Shown: positions 1 to 38,181, counted from the first letter of the stretch. The stretch: DNA of 64,000 nt from Amoebidium appalachense (GCA_963693365.1 CAVNZM010000005.1:8784334-8848333); one strand, 5' to 3'. The notes: generated by a model from the letters alone, not told the origin. Translations and numbers: made by a program.

Positions 1-726
1 TCGTATCTAGTGTCCTCCCTGCCTCTTCTCCCCTTGTCCTTTTTGTTTTTTTCCCCTTTCTTTCTTCCTTCCCTGTTGTCTCTCTTTTTCATTTCTTTCC
101 TTTTTTTTTTTTTTTTTTTTTTTTTCCTTTTTTTTTTCCCCCCCTTTTTCACTACCCCACTCAAATGGTTTCCTTTAGTGCACGTTTTTAGCCTTTTCTA
201 CGTGTACCTTTTTTCTTGCATCCAACAAATTCTGTCTTTGCTCTTTTTTTTTTGTTGGGGGGTGGGGGGGGGGGGAGGGTACGTGTTGTGTATCATCAAT
301 GGGGCAGCACCGTTAGGTTAGTCCCTGAGTAGCACAAGTGGTATAGGCGTAAACCTGTGGGGATATCCTTTTTTTATATAGAATATCTAATACTTCTTGG
401 ATTCTGCAAGAGTAAAGTGCAGAAATGCCGTGCTGCTGGCTGCAAATCACGGTGACGCTTTGCCCTCGCAAGGGGACAATCATGCGTGCATATATACATG
501 TATGCAAGTTGTTGACTTTCAAACGTTCACACGGGGTGTATTTTGATATATATATATATATATATATATCCGGGATAGGCTGACCGGTCACAATGATTAG
601 AGAAGTTGAATATGTAAGGAAAAACATAGCCATATATGTATATTATACTGCTCGTTTTGTGGTCGTTTCATGGTAAACACAATTAACACATTACACAGGC
701 AAGGAGTCTTTGCACATGTCTATCGT

Positions 727-761
<35 letters not shown>

Positions 762-1530
762 CCCCGCCCGCCTGCCCATCCGTGGCTCCCCAACTTGGAC
801 CCCAAGCCCACTGGTACATGTAACATGTACAATTCCCATCCACTAGGCCTACGAGAGCCGTTCCCATTGCAATTGTCAACACCGCTGCCCCCCCCCTTTT
901 TTTTTTTTTGGTGCATATGTATTGCATGTTTGCAAAAAGGCCCCAGAACAAAAACCTACACCTTAAAAAAAAGGGGGGGGGCAGTGGTACCTCGGAGGAT
1001 GGGGCTAAAGCGTTCACTGTGGGAATTTAGGTTAGCTGTTATTACAGTAGCGACCGGGGGAGCTCGGGCCGCCCCTGTAAATGACACGCACGTGTGTGTG
1101 TGTGCGGGTGGGTGGGTCCATGGCCGGCCGTGGTTTTTTTGGGGGGGAGGGGGGAGGAGAAGGGAGGGGTTTTATATATATGATGGTAGCCTGCAGACCG
1201 CCAACACGGTGAAATTACGGGCTTGACAATGTGTAATTGTTAATGTTACTACTGAGTGTTCAGTCGTCAGACGGAGCTGAAATTTTTACAAAGCAGTAGG
1301 CATACGCTCTGCATATATTTTTTATATCGTTGAATTCGTTTATTGTAAGAAAAAAGGTTATAAGCAGTCACTGTGAAGTCATAAACTTCTAAAAGGCTAT
1401 GCATATGCCTGACCATGAGTCAACTTTTTCAACCGGACAGTCTCCCGGCTCTCAGAATACACCTGGAGCGAACCCCCTTTACCAAAAGTACCAAATTTAA
1501 AGAGACAACGGGGGGGAAGGAGGGGGGCGG

Positions 1531-1582
<52 letters not shown>

Positions 1583-1586
<4 letters not shown>

Positions 1587-2351
1587 GGACTGCGGGGAGG
1601 TGTGAACATTGGGGTTAAACCGGGTAAGGAAAAAAAAAGGGGGGGGGGGGGGGGGGGGAAAGGGATGGGGTTAAAGGTTTTGGTTCTGCAAAGATGGTTG
1701 TGAAGTCTGGGTGTGTGTGTGAAAACGTGGGGGTTAATGGGGAAAAGAATGGGAGGGCAAAAAAAAAAAAAGGAGGGGGGGGGGGGGGGGGGGGGGTGGA
1801 AGATGGGGTTAGACATTTGAGAGAGGTGACAGGGGGGTTAAAATGATGGGAGTAAACTTTTGTAGTTGAGAAAGAGCTTGTTCTGACGAACAGACGTTTG
1901 GGAGGACTGCGGGGATGTGAAAATTGGAGTTAAAACCAGGAAAAAGGAATGAAATAAACGGGATAAACTTGTGAAAGTGGTAAAAAGGGATCTCAAACCA
2001 AGGGGAGAGCCTGATTAAGGTAGTGATTGGGTCAAGTCGTGAAGGGAAAAAAAAGGGGGGTTGGTTAAGAACGACTAAGCTTCCTGCAAATTAGATTACT
2101 TTACACTTGCATACTCAATCCGAACCTTGTTAAGCTAATTTCACCACTGTGTTTATCTGTGTGTGTTTGTGTGTGTGTGTGTTTTCCGGCCGGGGGGGAG
2201 GGGGGGAGGGGGGGGGGGGGAAGGGGGAGGGGAGGGGGGAGGGGGGGGGGGGGGTATACCTGTAGAGTTGTGTTGGACATATCTGCAAATGGCTCCAAAA
2301 AGGTGCAATTGTCGTGAAGTTTGTTTGCAATGGAGAGTTGGCCCATACGTA

Positions 2352-2447
<96 letters not shown>

Positions 2448-2534
2448 TGCATGTGTGTGTGTGTGTGTGTCTGTGTGTGCGTGTATGTATGTACGTGTGT
2501 GTGTGTGTGCACCCCACATGCAGGTGTGTGTGCA

Positions 2535-2574
<40 letters not shown>

Positions 2575-3046
2575 GGCGCACGTGTGCGTGTGCGTGCGTG
2601 CATGTGGGAAAGGTTAGAATGCAATGTATAGCATATAAAGCTGATCACAACGAGTAAAGTATTGCCAAAAAGTGACCGATTAGAAACAAATCTCCAATAT
2701 AAGAGAGCCCATCCTCAGCTCAAGCCATCCACAGCACCCTCGTTTCAAAGCATATGTGGTGGTGATTGGGGGGGGGAGGGGAGGGGGAGATTGTGACATG
2801 GATTTCCTTCTTCTTCCTTCATTTTTTTCCTGGGAAGAAAAAAAGAATGAAGAAGACCAAACATGATCCGTGTAACCGAAAAACCAGACATGAACCCCCA
2901 TACTGGGAAAGGCACACACATACGTACACAAGTCTGGGCAGAGGGAGGAGGGAGGGCGAGGGGGGTTGGAGGAGGTGGAGAAAGGGGGGCGGGGGAGGAG
3001 GGAGAGAGGGTGGAGGAGGTCATGTGTGTGTGTGTGTGTGTGGGGT

Positions 3047-3080
<34 letters not shown>

Positions 3081-3367
3081 ATCCATAACCAAGAGGTTGG
3101 AGAAAGGTCAATCCCAGGCCTAGGGCATGGACTATATAAGCAGTCGAGTTCTTCGAAGAGAAAGAATGTAAAGGAGGAGGATGGGTGGGGTGGTGGATGG
3201 GGGGGTGGTGGGTGGGGGGGTGGGGGGGGGGGGGGGGGGGGGGGGGGGTAACGGTGACTCACCGACAGCATGTTCACTCCAGCCTCAACATCCACCCTGG
3301 CCCCCTGCCCACTCGCTCGTAGGCACAAGGGCAACAGTCCCAGGCAGCACTTTGATAAGTACCCCAT
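1583..3367 (-). pseudogene. Truncated duplicate of the 5' part of the type I membrane protein gene (20353-32170)
   Basis: Exon 1 at 3367-3263 (MGYLSKCCLGLLPLCLRASGQG...NMLS). Exon 2 and flanks (~1.74 kb, 20769-22511 in the right arm) are absent. Exon 3 at 2352-2260 has its acceptor AG changed to AA. The copy ends ~7 nt into exon 4 at a long poly-G tract. Confidence 0.8.
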
Positions 3368-4834
3368 AGTGGCGGTGGGAAAAGTGTCAAAGGTAGGGCG
3401 AAAAAGAAGGTGGAATCAAAAAGCACTCTACTAGAGTGAAACTGATTATGTGTGGTTTTGTTCGATCCTCCCAAGTGGTGAACAGGTAGTGTGTTGGTCT
3501 ATGCGGACAACGACGCCGCGTACCACGTATCAGCTGCCTCTTCGCACGCGGCACGCATTCTGCCTCTGAGTAGCCGGTGCTCTGCGAAGTGTGTAGCAAC
3601 TGCTCAGTGCCCGTCAGCGATGTTATGCTATGTTACAGTTACAGTTACTTTGCCTACACAGAAAAAAATCGTGCCTTTAGGCCAAATGAAGTTATACTAC
3701 CAAGTTCACAATGTTTAAGGGCTGTTCCCCCTCCCCCCCCCCTCAACACGAGGTGGCAGTGGGAGCAAGAGAGACCAGCCGTAGTAACGTTCATATGTGT
3801 CCTGTACTGCTGTTTTTTTTTTTCGCCCACGGCAATAAAAAAGCATGATATAAGGCGAATGGTCTATCCTTAAAACGCACCAGTGCGCTACCTCCCAATC
3901 GTAAACACGCGCTGACCCCCCTTTTAACCAATCAGATACCGCCCACCCCCCTCCCTTGCGGGTGCCATATGTGTCCTGTTACCTGTACTGCAATGGCCCA
4001 AATCAAAGCAAGCAGAAGCCCAATTGCTAATTAGTTATAACGAATAGCGCTGTCGCATAATATATTGTCTTTGTTTCAACTGTGTTTAAGTCGGGCCGGA
4101 TCCGGCGTTCATTCGGAGCACAGTGACGAAGCAAGAGGGAACAAAAGACAGACCCTCTACCGAATAAACTAAGGGCCTTAAGGTGTGTACGTATGTAGTC
4201 CGCGGAAGTATCAGGCAACACAGTTGCAAAACAACTCCTTGATAGGCTACTCTCTGTGAGCGGCCTGTGCACGTGACGAGTTGATAGAGTTGATACGTTT
4301 TATCGATCGTATGGCATGCGGTTGCATACCCGAAGTGATGCCGCCACAGCCAATCCGGTCGGAGAATAAAAAATCCCCCCCCCCCCCCCCCCCCCCCCTC
4401 GAAACACACAGCACTGCACACACACGCACACCCGCACACCACCACCACCACCAAGCATTTTGGCCGCCACGTGCACCACCAACCTCCCCATACCCCCACC
4501 CGGCAATGCATGTTTTTTGTGCACACGTGTCATTTGTTGGCCACATAATAAAGCATGTTTCCAAACTACACGTGTGTGGGCACGGCCGGGACCTCGACTA
4601 GCATATTGATTAACTCACTTTACGTGTGCATGTGAGTGTGCATGTGTGTGTGCAGTGTCAACTGTGTTTCATGCGTGCCATGGTGTGCGCGCATGTGCTT
4701 CATGCGTGTGTACACGTGTTTGACGTGTGCGTGTGTATACATGGTGTGTGTGTGTGTGTGTGTGTGTGCGTGTGTTCGCGCAATGCGCGCGTGTGTGAGC
4801 GCGCGTTCTTTTTTTCCTTTTTCTTTCTTTTCTT

Positions 4835-4877
<43 letters not shown>

Positions 4878-5245
4878 CAGCTGTGAAAAAATTTATCCGA
4901 CCCATTTTCATGGCTGCGCAGGAAGTGCAAGAATACTTGCTCATACATAGTAATTCTTCATGAAGGAGTCTTATCACATGATTTCTGTGTGAACAGGCTT
5001 CAAGGCACGATCGATACACAAACAACGTCGTATTGACCTTTGCAAAGTACCTGCATACATACATACATGCCTGATTTCACAACTCACACATTGTATCACC
5101 GCCAACCATGAACCTGAAACCTGAACCTTGTTGTAAAAAAAAAAAAAAGCAGACCATATATTCATAAACTCCCGTGAGTATGCTTCATGCAGAGTGCATA
5201 TTTTTTTTCAGAAACAGCCAGCAAATTTATATAAAGTTCGGGTTT

Positions 5246-5286
<41 letters not shown>

Positions 5287-5629
5287 AAAATCACGGACAG
5301 AATTTCATACTCCCTGACGCCCCCGCGCGCCTGTACATGCATACCAACCATTTTTATATCACAAGTCAAACCCACATATCATACTAGGATTCGCTTTTCT
5401 GTAACAAACCATGAGTTTTTGCAGTTCAAGTCTTGAACCCCGGCAGCCATAAATAAATCCACTCTCTTGCAAACTGACACGACTTGAGTGGATAACACAC
5501 ATGCATGATTAAGGCACATATATGGGAGATTCGGGGGCTAAGCAACCAGAAGTGAGATACGCACTGCTGGGAGGGGGGGAGGGGGGGGAGGAGAAGAAGG
5601 GGGGGGGGGGGGGGGGGAGAGAGAGAGGT

Positions 5630-5666
<37 letters not shown>

Positions 5667-5806
5667 AAGGAGAGAGAGAGAGAGAGCAGAGAGAGAGAGA
5701 GCAGAAAGAGACGTGCCAGAAAAGAAATCGAGCTATGAGCAGACCAAAAGGATTCTGAGGAAAATCCCAAGTTCACAGTTTGAACGGTCACCTATCAAGA
5801 GGTGAA

Positions 5807-5837
<31 letters not shown>

Positions 5838-5847
5838 TTGCTGTCGC

Positions 5848-11006
<5,159 letters not shown>

Positions 11007-11326
11007 GGTGGGCGGTGGTAACGGGAGGTGCAACGCCTCCCCGTGTGCGGTGCTTGTGTGTGTGTACGTATGTGGAGGCGTTGTGGTGTGCGCCTCTCAT
11101 TTCACGTGTAATTCTCCGTGGTGCGTGTAGGTTTGTCCTACAAGTCAAAAATTCACTAATTTCGGCCTTTTATGGCACAGTTATGGCACGGTTGAGCGCT
11201 GCGTCACACAAACAAAACTGACATCAGTGACATGTCCATACGTCGCTTGACGTGCTTCTACAAGATAAAAACAGCCTCTCGTGCTGAGCAGAATAAGTAC
11301 CGGGCCGTATGTGTGTTGATACGTTA

Positions 11327-11982
11327 TCTTCATGAAGGAGTCTTATCACATGATTTCTGTGTGAACAGGCTTCAAGGCACGATCGATACACAAACAACGT
11401 CGTATTGACCTTTGCAAAGTACCTGCATACATACATACATGCCTGCTTTCACAACTCACACATTGTATCACAGGACTTTGCCCTTTACACGCGGACCGGG
11501 CCGCCAACCATGAACCTGAAACCTGAACCTTGTTGTAAAAAAAAAAAGGCAGACCATATATTTATAAACTCCCGTGAGTATGCTTCATGCAGAGTGCCTA
11601 TTTTTTTTTTCAGAACCAGCCAGCAGATACATATAAAGTTCGGGTTTTAAAAAAAAAAAAAAAAAAGAAAAAGGAAAAAAAAGGGGGGAGGGGTCCAGGT
11701 CAAAATCACGACAGAATTTCATACTCCCTGACGCCCCCGCGCGCCTGCACATGCATACCAACCATTATTGTATCACAAGTCAAACCCACATATCATACTA
11801 GGATTCGCTTTTCTGTAACAAACCATGAGTATTTGCAGTTCAAGTCTTGAACCCCGGCAGCCATAAATAAATCCAATCTCTTGCAAACTCACACGACTTG
11901 AGTGGATAACACGCGTGCATAATAAGGCACATATATGGGAGATTCGGGGGCTAAGCAACCAGAAACGAGATACGCACTGCTG

Positions 11983-12030
<48 letters not shown>

Positions 12031-12071
12031 GGAGAAGAAGGGGGGGGGGGGGGAGGAAGAGAGAGGTGGGG

Positions 12072-12107
<36 letters not shown>

Positions 12108-12305
12108 AGAAGGAGAGAGAGAGAGAGAGCAGAAAGAGACGTGCCAGAAAAGAAATCGAGCTATGAACAAACCAAAAGGATTCTGAGGAAAATCCCAAGT
12201 TCCCAGTTTGAACGGTTATCTATGAAGAGGTGAAGGGGAGGGGGGGGGGGGGGGGGGGAGGGAGGGGGGGGGGAGGGGGGGGGGGGGGGATTGCTGTCGC
12301 TTAGA
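11327..12305. repeat. Third copy of the ~1 kb segment downstream of the HMG gene stop codon
   Basis: Direct copy of 4955-5852 and inverted copy of 18067-18988. It starts at 'tcttcatgaaggag' and ends at 'gctgtcgcttaga', which includes the HMG stop codon. Confidence 0.9.
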
Positions 12306-12575
12306 TCACAAGACACATGCAATGCCATCATTGCCGTCTACAGCAACAACCACGGCAGCATGTATACCGGCCCAGCACGAAATATACTTATCGGCAGCCC
12401 ACTGAACTCGCCAATTTTCTCTTTTTCATGTATGACCCTGCTTTCTTGTGAAATCACCCTTTTTGGCCTCCCGGTAGTGGATTTTGCAGGATTTGACTTC
12501 TTTGAGGTCCAAAAACCTCAAATTTTTCCCCGGCGGGGCCGGGAAGGGAGAATTCAACAATTGCCCGCTCCTGAT

Positions 12576-12609
12576 ACCCGGGCCAAAATTTCTCAATTTT
12601 GGCCCGGGT
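12576..12609. repeat. Perfect 15-bp stem hairpin in the palindrome spacer
   Basis: acccgggccaaaatt-tctc-aattttggcccgggt. Confidence 0.85.
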
Positions 12610-12728
12610 CCGTGTGCCGGACTGACTGATGATTGGATGAGGGAGGCAAATGCATTCAAGCGCTGTGGCAAGTTGCAAAGGAAACCGAAAACAAGCAACA
12701 GTGTTGCACACACCCTTGCCGCGGCGCT

Positions 12729-32170
<19,442 letters not shown>

Positions 32171-32623
32171 AAAGTTTGGGGGTGGTGGTGGTGGTGGTGG
32201 TGGGCCGGGGGAGGGGGAAGGAGGGGAGGGGGGAGGGGATGTGGGGGAGGGGGGGGGGGGGGGGGAGGGGGGGGGGGGGGGGTGGAGAGGAGGGAGGGAG
32301 GGGGGTGGGAAAGGGATGGATGGTGTGTGTGTGTGGGGGGGGGGGGGGGGGGGGGGGGACCTATACGCGGCTTGATAATCTTGGTTGTATATTCATAGAA
32401 GGTTATTGTAGATCAATTGTTTGGGGTCTAAAGATAGTGAGTAGTCTGTTGTCGTTTCTTCTTTACAAAGTCGGAAAGTAGGGGGAAACGCGGACACAAT
32501 GGCATACACACCATGGCAAAAAACACACACACATAAACCCTCAGAAGCACACGTGTATGTGGATGTGCATGTGCATGCACACACGCACAAACACCGACAC
32601 ACAGACACACAGACACACGCACC

Positions 32624-32668
<45 letters not shown>

Positions 32669-33274
32669 CACATCAAATATAAACCCGAAGTTCATGTTTT
32701 CTTTTTTTTAAAAAATAAGGGAAAAAAAAGAAAAAGAAAAAAGCCCCCTTCTGGCAGGTGATGGAAGCCAGCAGTGTAGCACAATCGAGTCGAATGATGC
32801 CTTTATTAGATCGGTAAATATTGCAGTTCAAGTTGCAGTGCAGTTGCACCAATTAAAATTTCTCCCCCCCCAGGCGCCGGGTCGTTGGTTTGTAACTACG
32901 ATGGGCTGGACCCAAAAACAGAGTGTGGCATTAAATTTTAATTTCAGCAATCGTATTTACCGTTATTTGGAGCGTGTGCAACAGGAAAACGTAAATAAAC
33001 GAGACAACCCGTTCCAAATACCCGTAATGCACGGGTTACACTGACAGCGTAATATATCTGTGTATGCACCACCTGCACACACACACGTGCCAGCGCGCAC
33101 GCACACACACACACGCGCGCGCGCGCACGCACGCATACACCCACACACACACACTGCACACACACGCACACACACGCACATCCCTACACTTCTAAACCAA
33201 ACACATCTCACCCAAACACATCTCACACACCATCAACACTACCCATCAATTAGTCCATTAGTCTACAGTAACGT

Positions 33275-33855
33275 TCACCCACTAATCTCCTTTTTCACCT
33301 CCACCCCAGCGTTCCCCTGCACCTCATCCACCGTATTCTCCGTCACTTTAGTCTGACACACGATGAACGTAAACGGCAGTGATATCGTCAGCAGGGCCCA
33401 GCATATACCCAGTTGAATAATCCATGTATGGGTATTGCATGCTAGACTATTGTCGATGCTCCATGCAATAGCTGCACGGGCAGACTAGACCCCCTTGTAG
33501 GTAACCGGCACAGTGCGCAGATTGGCTTGCGTCACTGTGAGTGGGAGGGGGGTTGGGTTGGAATTGAGGGGAAGGGGCGGGCCGGTGGGGGGGGGGAGGG
33601 CCGGGAGGGGATAAGGGTGAGGGGCCGAGGGGGCGGACGGGGGGGGGGGGGGGGGGGGGGGGGAGGAGGAGGGGAGGGGGGGGGGGGGGGGGGGGTGGCA
33701 AAAGGAGAAGGGGGCAGGTGGGTGTGGAGAGGGGGAAGGAGGGTCAGAATGCGGAACATGGTACAAAATATGCAACATTAGTGATGTGCAACGGGTACTA
33801 GTATACCTATGCACATAAGCAAAGCCCATCGTATCCGGATGCCGAGTCTCGGGGG

Positions 33856-33886
<31 letters not shown>

Positions 33887-33967
33887 ATTGCCTCAGTCGG
33901 TAGCTGAAATGTGATACTAGATTCAAGAGGAGCTGCTTTCCGGTTTTTACTTAGTTTTTTTTCTTTT

Positions 33968-33998
<31 letters not shown>

Positions 33999-34012
33999 GG
34001 TGGTGGTGGTGT

Positions 34013-34049
<37 letters not shown>

Positions 34050-34373
34050 AGGGTGTAGAGTTGGGTGGTTTTAGCAAAAGGGGAGAGTTAGAGTGCTGTA
34101 GGGTACCATAAAAAGACTTTCGTCACGTCAAGAACCTAGTTGTTAGCGAATAGCTTGATACAGCCAACCAATGAACACAATTGATTTAAAAAAATGAATC
34201 AAACAAACATGACAAATACGCAGCTAAGATACACTATAATGGTCCGTGGAAAGACACCCTTGGAATGCAACTGCAAATGCGGACACACGGAGTGTCCTAA
34301 GTGAGCCCTTGTTTTTCTTTTCTTTTTTCTTTTTTCTTTTTTTTTTTTTTTTTTTGGGGGGGGGGGGGGGGGG

Positions 34374-34411
<38 letters not shown>

Positions 34412-34620
34412 GGGGGGGGGGGGGGGGGGTCAAGTGGGTATTCGGGTTGGGGAATAGAAGGGAGGGGATGGGGGTAGCTAGGGGGGAGGGGGGGATGATG
34501 TTTAAGATGCAAAGGAGAAAAAAGAAGAAATCTTGCAAAATGAGCGAAATGACAAGATTCGCCAGAACCAACATATTCATGTGTGGAACCCAAAACATAC
34601 CACGATTGGAGCCAGGGGCA

Positions 34621-34655
<35 letters not shown>

Positions 34656-37075
34656 GGGGGGGAGGGTTGGAGGGAATAGGGAGGAAGGGAGGAGGGTAGG
34701 GAAGGGGGGAGGGAGGGGGGGGGGGGGGGGGGGGGGTCATTCGGAGACATACTTTGTAATTGCGCCCATAATCCAGTAGGCATACGTCTGCAGCATGGCG
34801 TCGTTCATCCCATAGATCAGAAACACAAAGATCGGGAACGCATATCTCCTAGAGTCTCCAATGTCTATCCTCTTCGCGCACGAGTTTGATTTTGGCCGGA
34901 ACACCTGCTCGCATTCTCCCGCTGGCAAAACAATGTTAGTACTGTCGGTTTGGTTCGCCGTAGGACACACGCACATCATAGACGCGTTTTTTTTCGGGTT
35001 GGAAACCGTGAAATTTACCATGCGTGCCGCAAAAGGCGGTGAATTTCCGGAGGTTGTGTCACAAGTGGAATTGGAATTTCCGGGTGTGTACACGGGGAAG
35101 GGCATGTGCACGGGGTCGCAAATAAGGTTAAGTGCGGGTTGGTTTGTGTTGGTGGCTGAGTAGCATTTGGAGGGACTGTTGAAGCGGTCATAGCCACCTT
35201 CAAACCCAAGCTGTGGAAAAAGTAGTGTGATATAATTTTAGTGGTGTGGTGACGTATTGTTACTGGTTGTTACCAATAGGCCTAAAGAAATTGTTGTGTA
35301 AATGGTGAAAGTTGGGTGTGCAAAAAGACTAAATGGGCCGGCGTTTGATTGTCTAGTGAGTATGCATTTAAATCGGTTGGGCGAGACGGTTGGGGGGGGG
35401 GGGGGGGGGGGGGGGGAGGGGGGGTAAGAGGCGGAGAAGGTGGGGGAGGGGTGGAGGGGGGTTGGGGGGAGGGAGGGCTGAAGAGCTATATACGTAAATT
35501 GAAGGGGCGGGGGGGAGGGGGAGGGGGGAAGGGGGGGGGGGGGGGGGGGGGGGGGGGGAGGGGGGGGGGAGGGGGGGGGGGGGGGGGGGGGGGATGCAGT
35601 AGGCAAATGTGAAGCACAGGCCCATGATCACACACCCCATCACGGCCCTCTTCTTGCGGCTCAGAGACTGCCTGTCGAGGAAACACCGCCCAAAAAGGAA
35701 GGCGCCGAGCATCTGGGACCCCCAATACATGGCGCTATTTATACCCCTAGTGCGCACGGTGAATAGGCCGCCGTTTTCGACGTTGAACTGGTGCGTGTAG
35801 AACCAGTTGGACGACACGAAGAGGGGCCTGGGGGGAGGAGGTGGGGTGTGGGGGGGGGGGGGGGGGGGGGAAGGGGGGGAGGGGGGGAGGGGGGGGGGGG
35901 GGGGGAGGAGGGGTACATGTCTGAGTGTTGGGTGGTTGTTCATTATCAGTGGACATGATGGTTTTATGTACGACACAGGAACCTAATCATTGAGTAAAGA
36001 GCGGTGGTTTCTAATATGACGTTAGCGGACCGGTAAAAGCCACCAAAAAAAAAGAAAAAAAAAAAAAGAAAAAAACGCTAATAATAGTGACTCATGAACC
36101 ACGTTCTTTTCTCCCCCCCCCCCCCCCCCAAAAAAAAAAAAAAAAAAAAAAAAAAAGTGTGTGTGTGTGTGTGGGGTGGGGGGGGGGGGGGGGGGGGGGG
36201 GGGGGGAGGGAGGGGGCTGTCATTCCTCATCCTTCCCCCAACCAAGTAAATTTACGTAAGCCACGGCAGTGCAGTAAGTCATAATAATGCACGCAGGCGC
36301 AATCAATCATTATTGGTGGCTTACGTAAGTAGGAGAATGGCCGGATTGCCAACATCAGGGCTACATTCTTGAGCTCCACAAGAGGACCCTGGGGGGAGGG
36401 GAAGGGGGGGGGGGGGGGGGAGGGAGGAGGAGGGGGGGATGGGTTGGGGGGGGGGGGGGGGGGGATGGGGGCGGGGGAAGGTTAAAAATATGATAATAAT
36501 TGGCTGACCTTGCTAGGATGGAAAAACACGCAATCATGCACATGCATTCTCCCCCCCCCCCCCCCCCCCCCCCCCCCCCTTCCCCCCCCCTTCCCCCCTC
36601 CTCCCCCCCCGTGGCTGGGGACACACAACACCTTTTGCGCCACATTCTTAAATTTCGCCCTTGGAATACATGCACCCCTATCCGGTAATACCACGACAAA
36701 TCTTCTGTAGACGAACAAACGACCAACCACACAATCATACAGCAAGTTACCAAACCATCATGTGCCATTATTCCAACACATGTGCCAACTCAAAAGATAA
36801 CTTACCGTTGCCTTTTCAAACTTGACGGGAGCGCCATCCTCCCTCACCACGCTGTTTGGATTACACAAAAGGAAAAACACATTGATGCTTCCAACCGCCA
36901 TTAAACCAGCAAACACGAAATAGGTGCCTGAGTCCGCAGAGTCATTTGAGGAGTTTAAGTTGGGCCCGAATGTTAGCAGGCCGCCAAACAGCCCGCCGAG
37001 GTTAAAGATAACCCAAAAGGTCGAGATGTAGGTGCCCTTTTTCTCGGGTGTTGCGTAGGCCATCATCATGGCGCC
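33275..37075 (-). pseudogene. UNC-93-like MFS transporter pseudogene (intron-containing paralogue of 50203-51597)
   Basis: Exons 37075-36806 (GAMMMAYATPEKKG..EKAT), 36388-36325 (GPLVELKNVALM; 1-nt deletion), 35827-~35594 (PLFVSSNWFY..; donor replaced by a C tract), 35210-34753 (LGFEGGYD..DAMLQTYAYWIMGAIT), 33534-33275 (frameshift, then YKGV-TAG where the paralogue has YKGVQ). 5' exons were not found. Confidence 0.8.
33741..33835 (-). mobile_element. Diverged copy of the poly(C)-terminated repeat family
   Basis: The reverse complement reads gatgggctttgcttatgtgcata...atgttgcata...catgttccgcattctgaCCC, sharing blocks with the 30551 and 60571 copies. Confidence 0.45.
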
Positions 37076-38148
37076 CTGGGGAAATAAATAGTTGTTGATG
37101 TTTAAATTTTAGTTGATTTTATGCTTTGATTTAACTAGAATTTAAAGCTAGTTCAGTCATGCATGTTTATAAGTTCAAAAGGCATCGCCGGTGACCCAAA
37201 AAAGGGCAATGGATTATAAGGTGAGAGATTGAAATGCCCAAATATTTATAAAGATCCGTTGACTTTAATAGAAGTACCTTTTGCAGAAAGGCTAAAAAAC
37301 CTTCTCGCAGCAAGGGAGACAAAATGTCCCGTTGTAAACAACGTGCACAAACAAACACCTAGGGCCTTTTGCCTCAAGGCAAATGGACGGTCAACCCGGG
37401 TAACTTGTTTAACCAGGGGAGATTTCTAGAGGTGTGTGTCTGTTGAATGGGGGGGGGGGGGGGGGGGGGGAGTGGGGTTGTTAGGAGGAGGAGAGGGGCC
37501 AAAGAAGTGCAACGGTGGTGATGGTGGTGGTGTTAAGGTGGAGTGGGGGTGAGGTGGTGGTGGTGGTGGCCAGTAGTGGGGAGGGGGGAGGAAGGGGGGA
37601 CAGGGGGCTCCAGGATAGAGGGCCTGCGCGCAAGGCCCACCTGATTATGATCGATCTGCGCGGTCTTATGCTCAAAGACAACACCATCAACCGCACTGTC
37701 ATACCTCTTGCACACGACAGCCACCTACCGTTTGCGGCTAATGGAAACTACGCATTGTTGGGCCAGCCGTCTCCAAATTCCGCTGCCCAAGCATCAGCTG
37801 CAGGATCGATCACATCTGCACCCATGTGCGATTCCACCATGAAAATGGATACGGGTGTAACTTATGTGATTGTTAACGTTGCCTTGTTGTGTGTCAACCT
37901 CGTCGTTGTATTGGGTGCTGTAGTGGTTCGGTTGTGGGTGCTCAAGAATAGGTGGAGTGAGAAGCCGGGGTGTGTATAACTATATTATTAAAGGAACATT
38001 GATATAGCTGATGCTGTACATATTTTGTGTTGTTGGTATTTTTGCATTAGCATGCTATACTACAATAGTGAAACTCGATGGATTGCAGGGCTAGCGCTAG
38101 CATGTGAGAGTACGAGGATGCATGAATGGTGTGTGGACTCCTTTTTGT

Positions 38149-38181
<33 letters not shown>

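Noticed and set aside
1397-1462. Possible - strand terminal exon (ctccag|VYSESRETVRLKKLTHGQAYA*)
   Set aside because: It is short, has no recognisable homology, and has no demonstrable upstream partner.
37600-37979. + strand ORF ending in a TM-like segment (VTYVIVNVALLCVNLVVVLGAVVV)
   Set aside because: It could be an orphan terminal exon, but no convincing acceptor, upstream exons or family motif were found.
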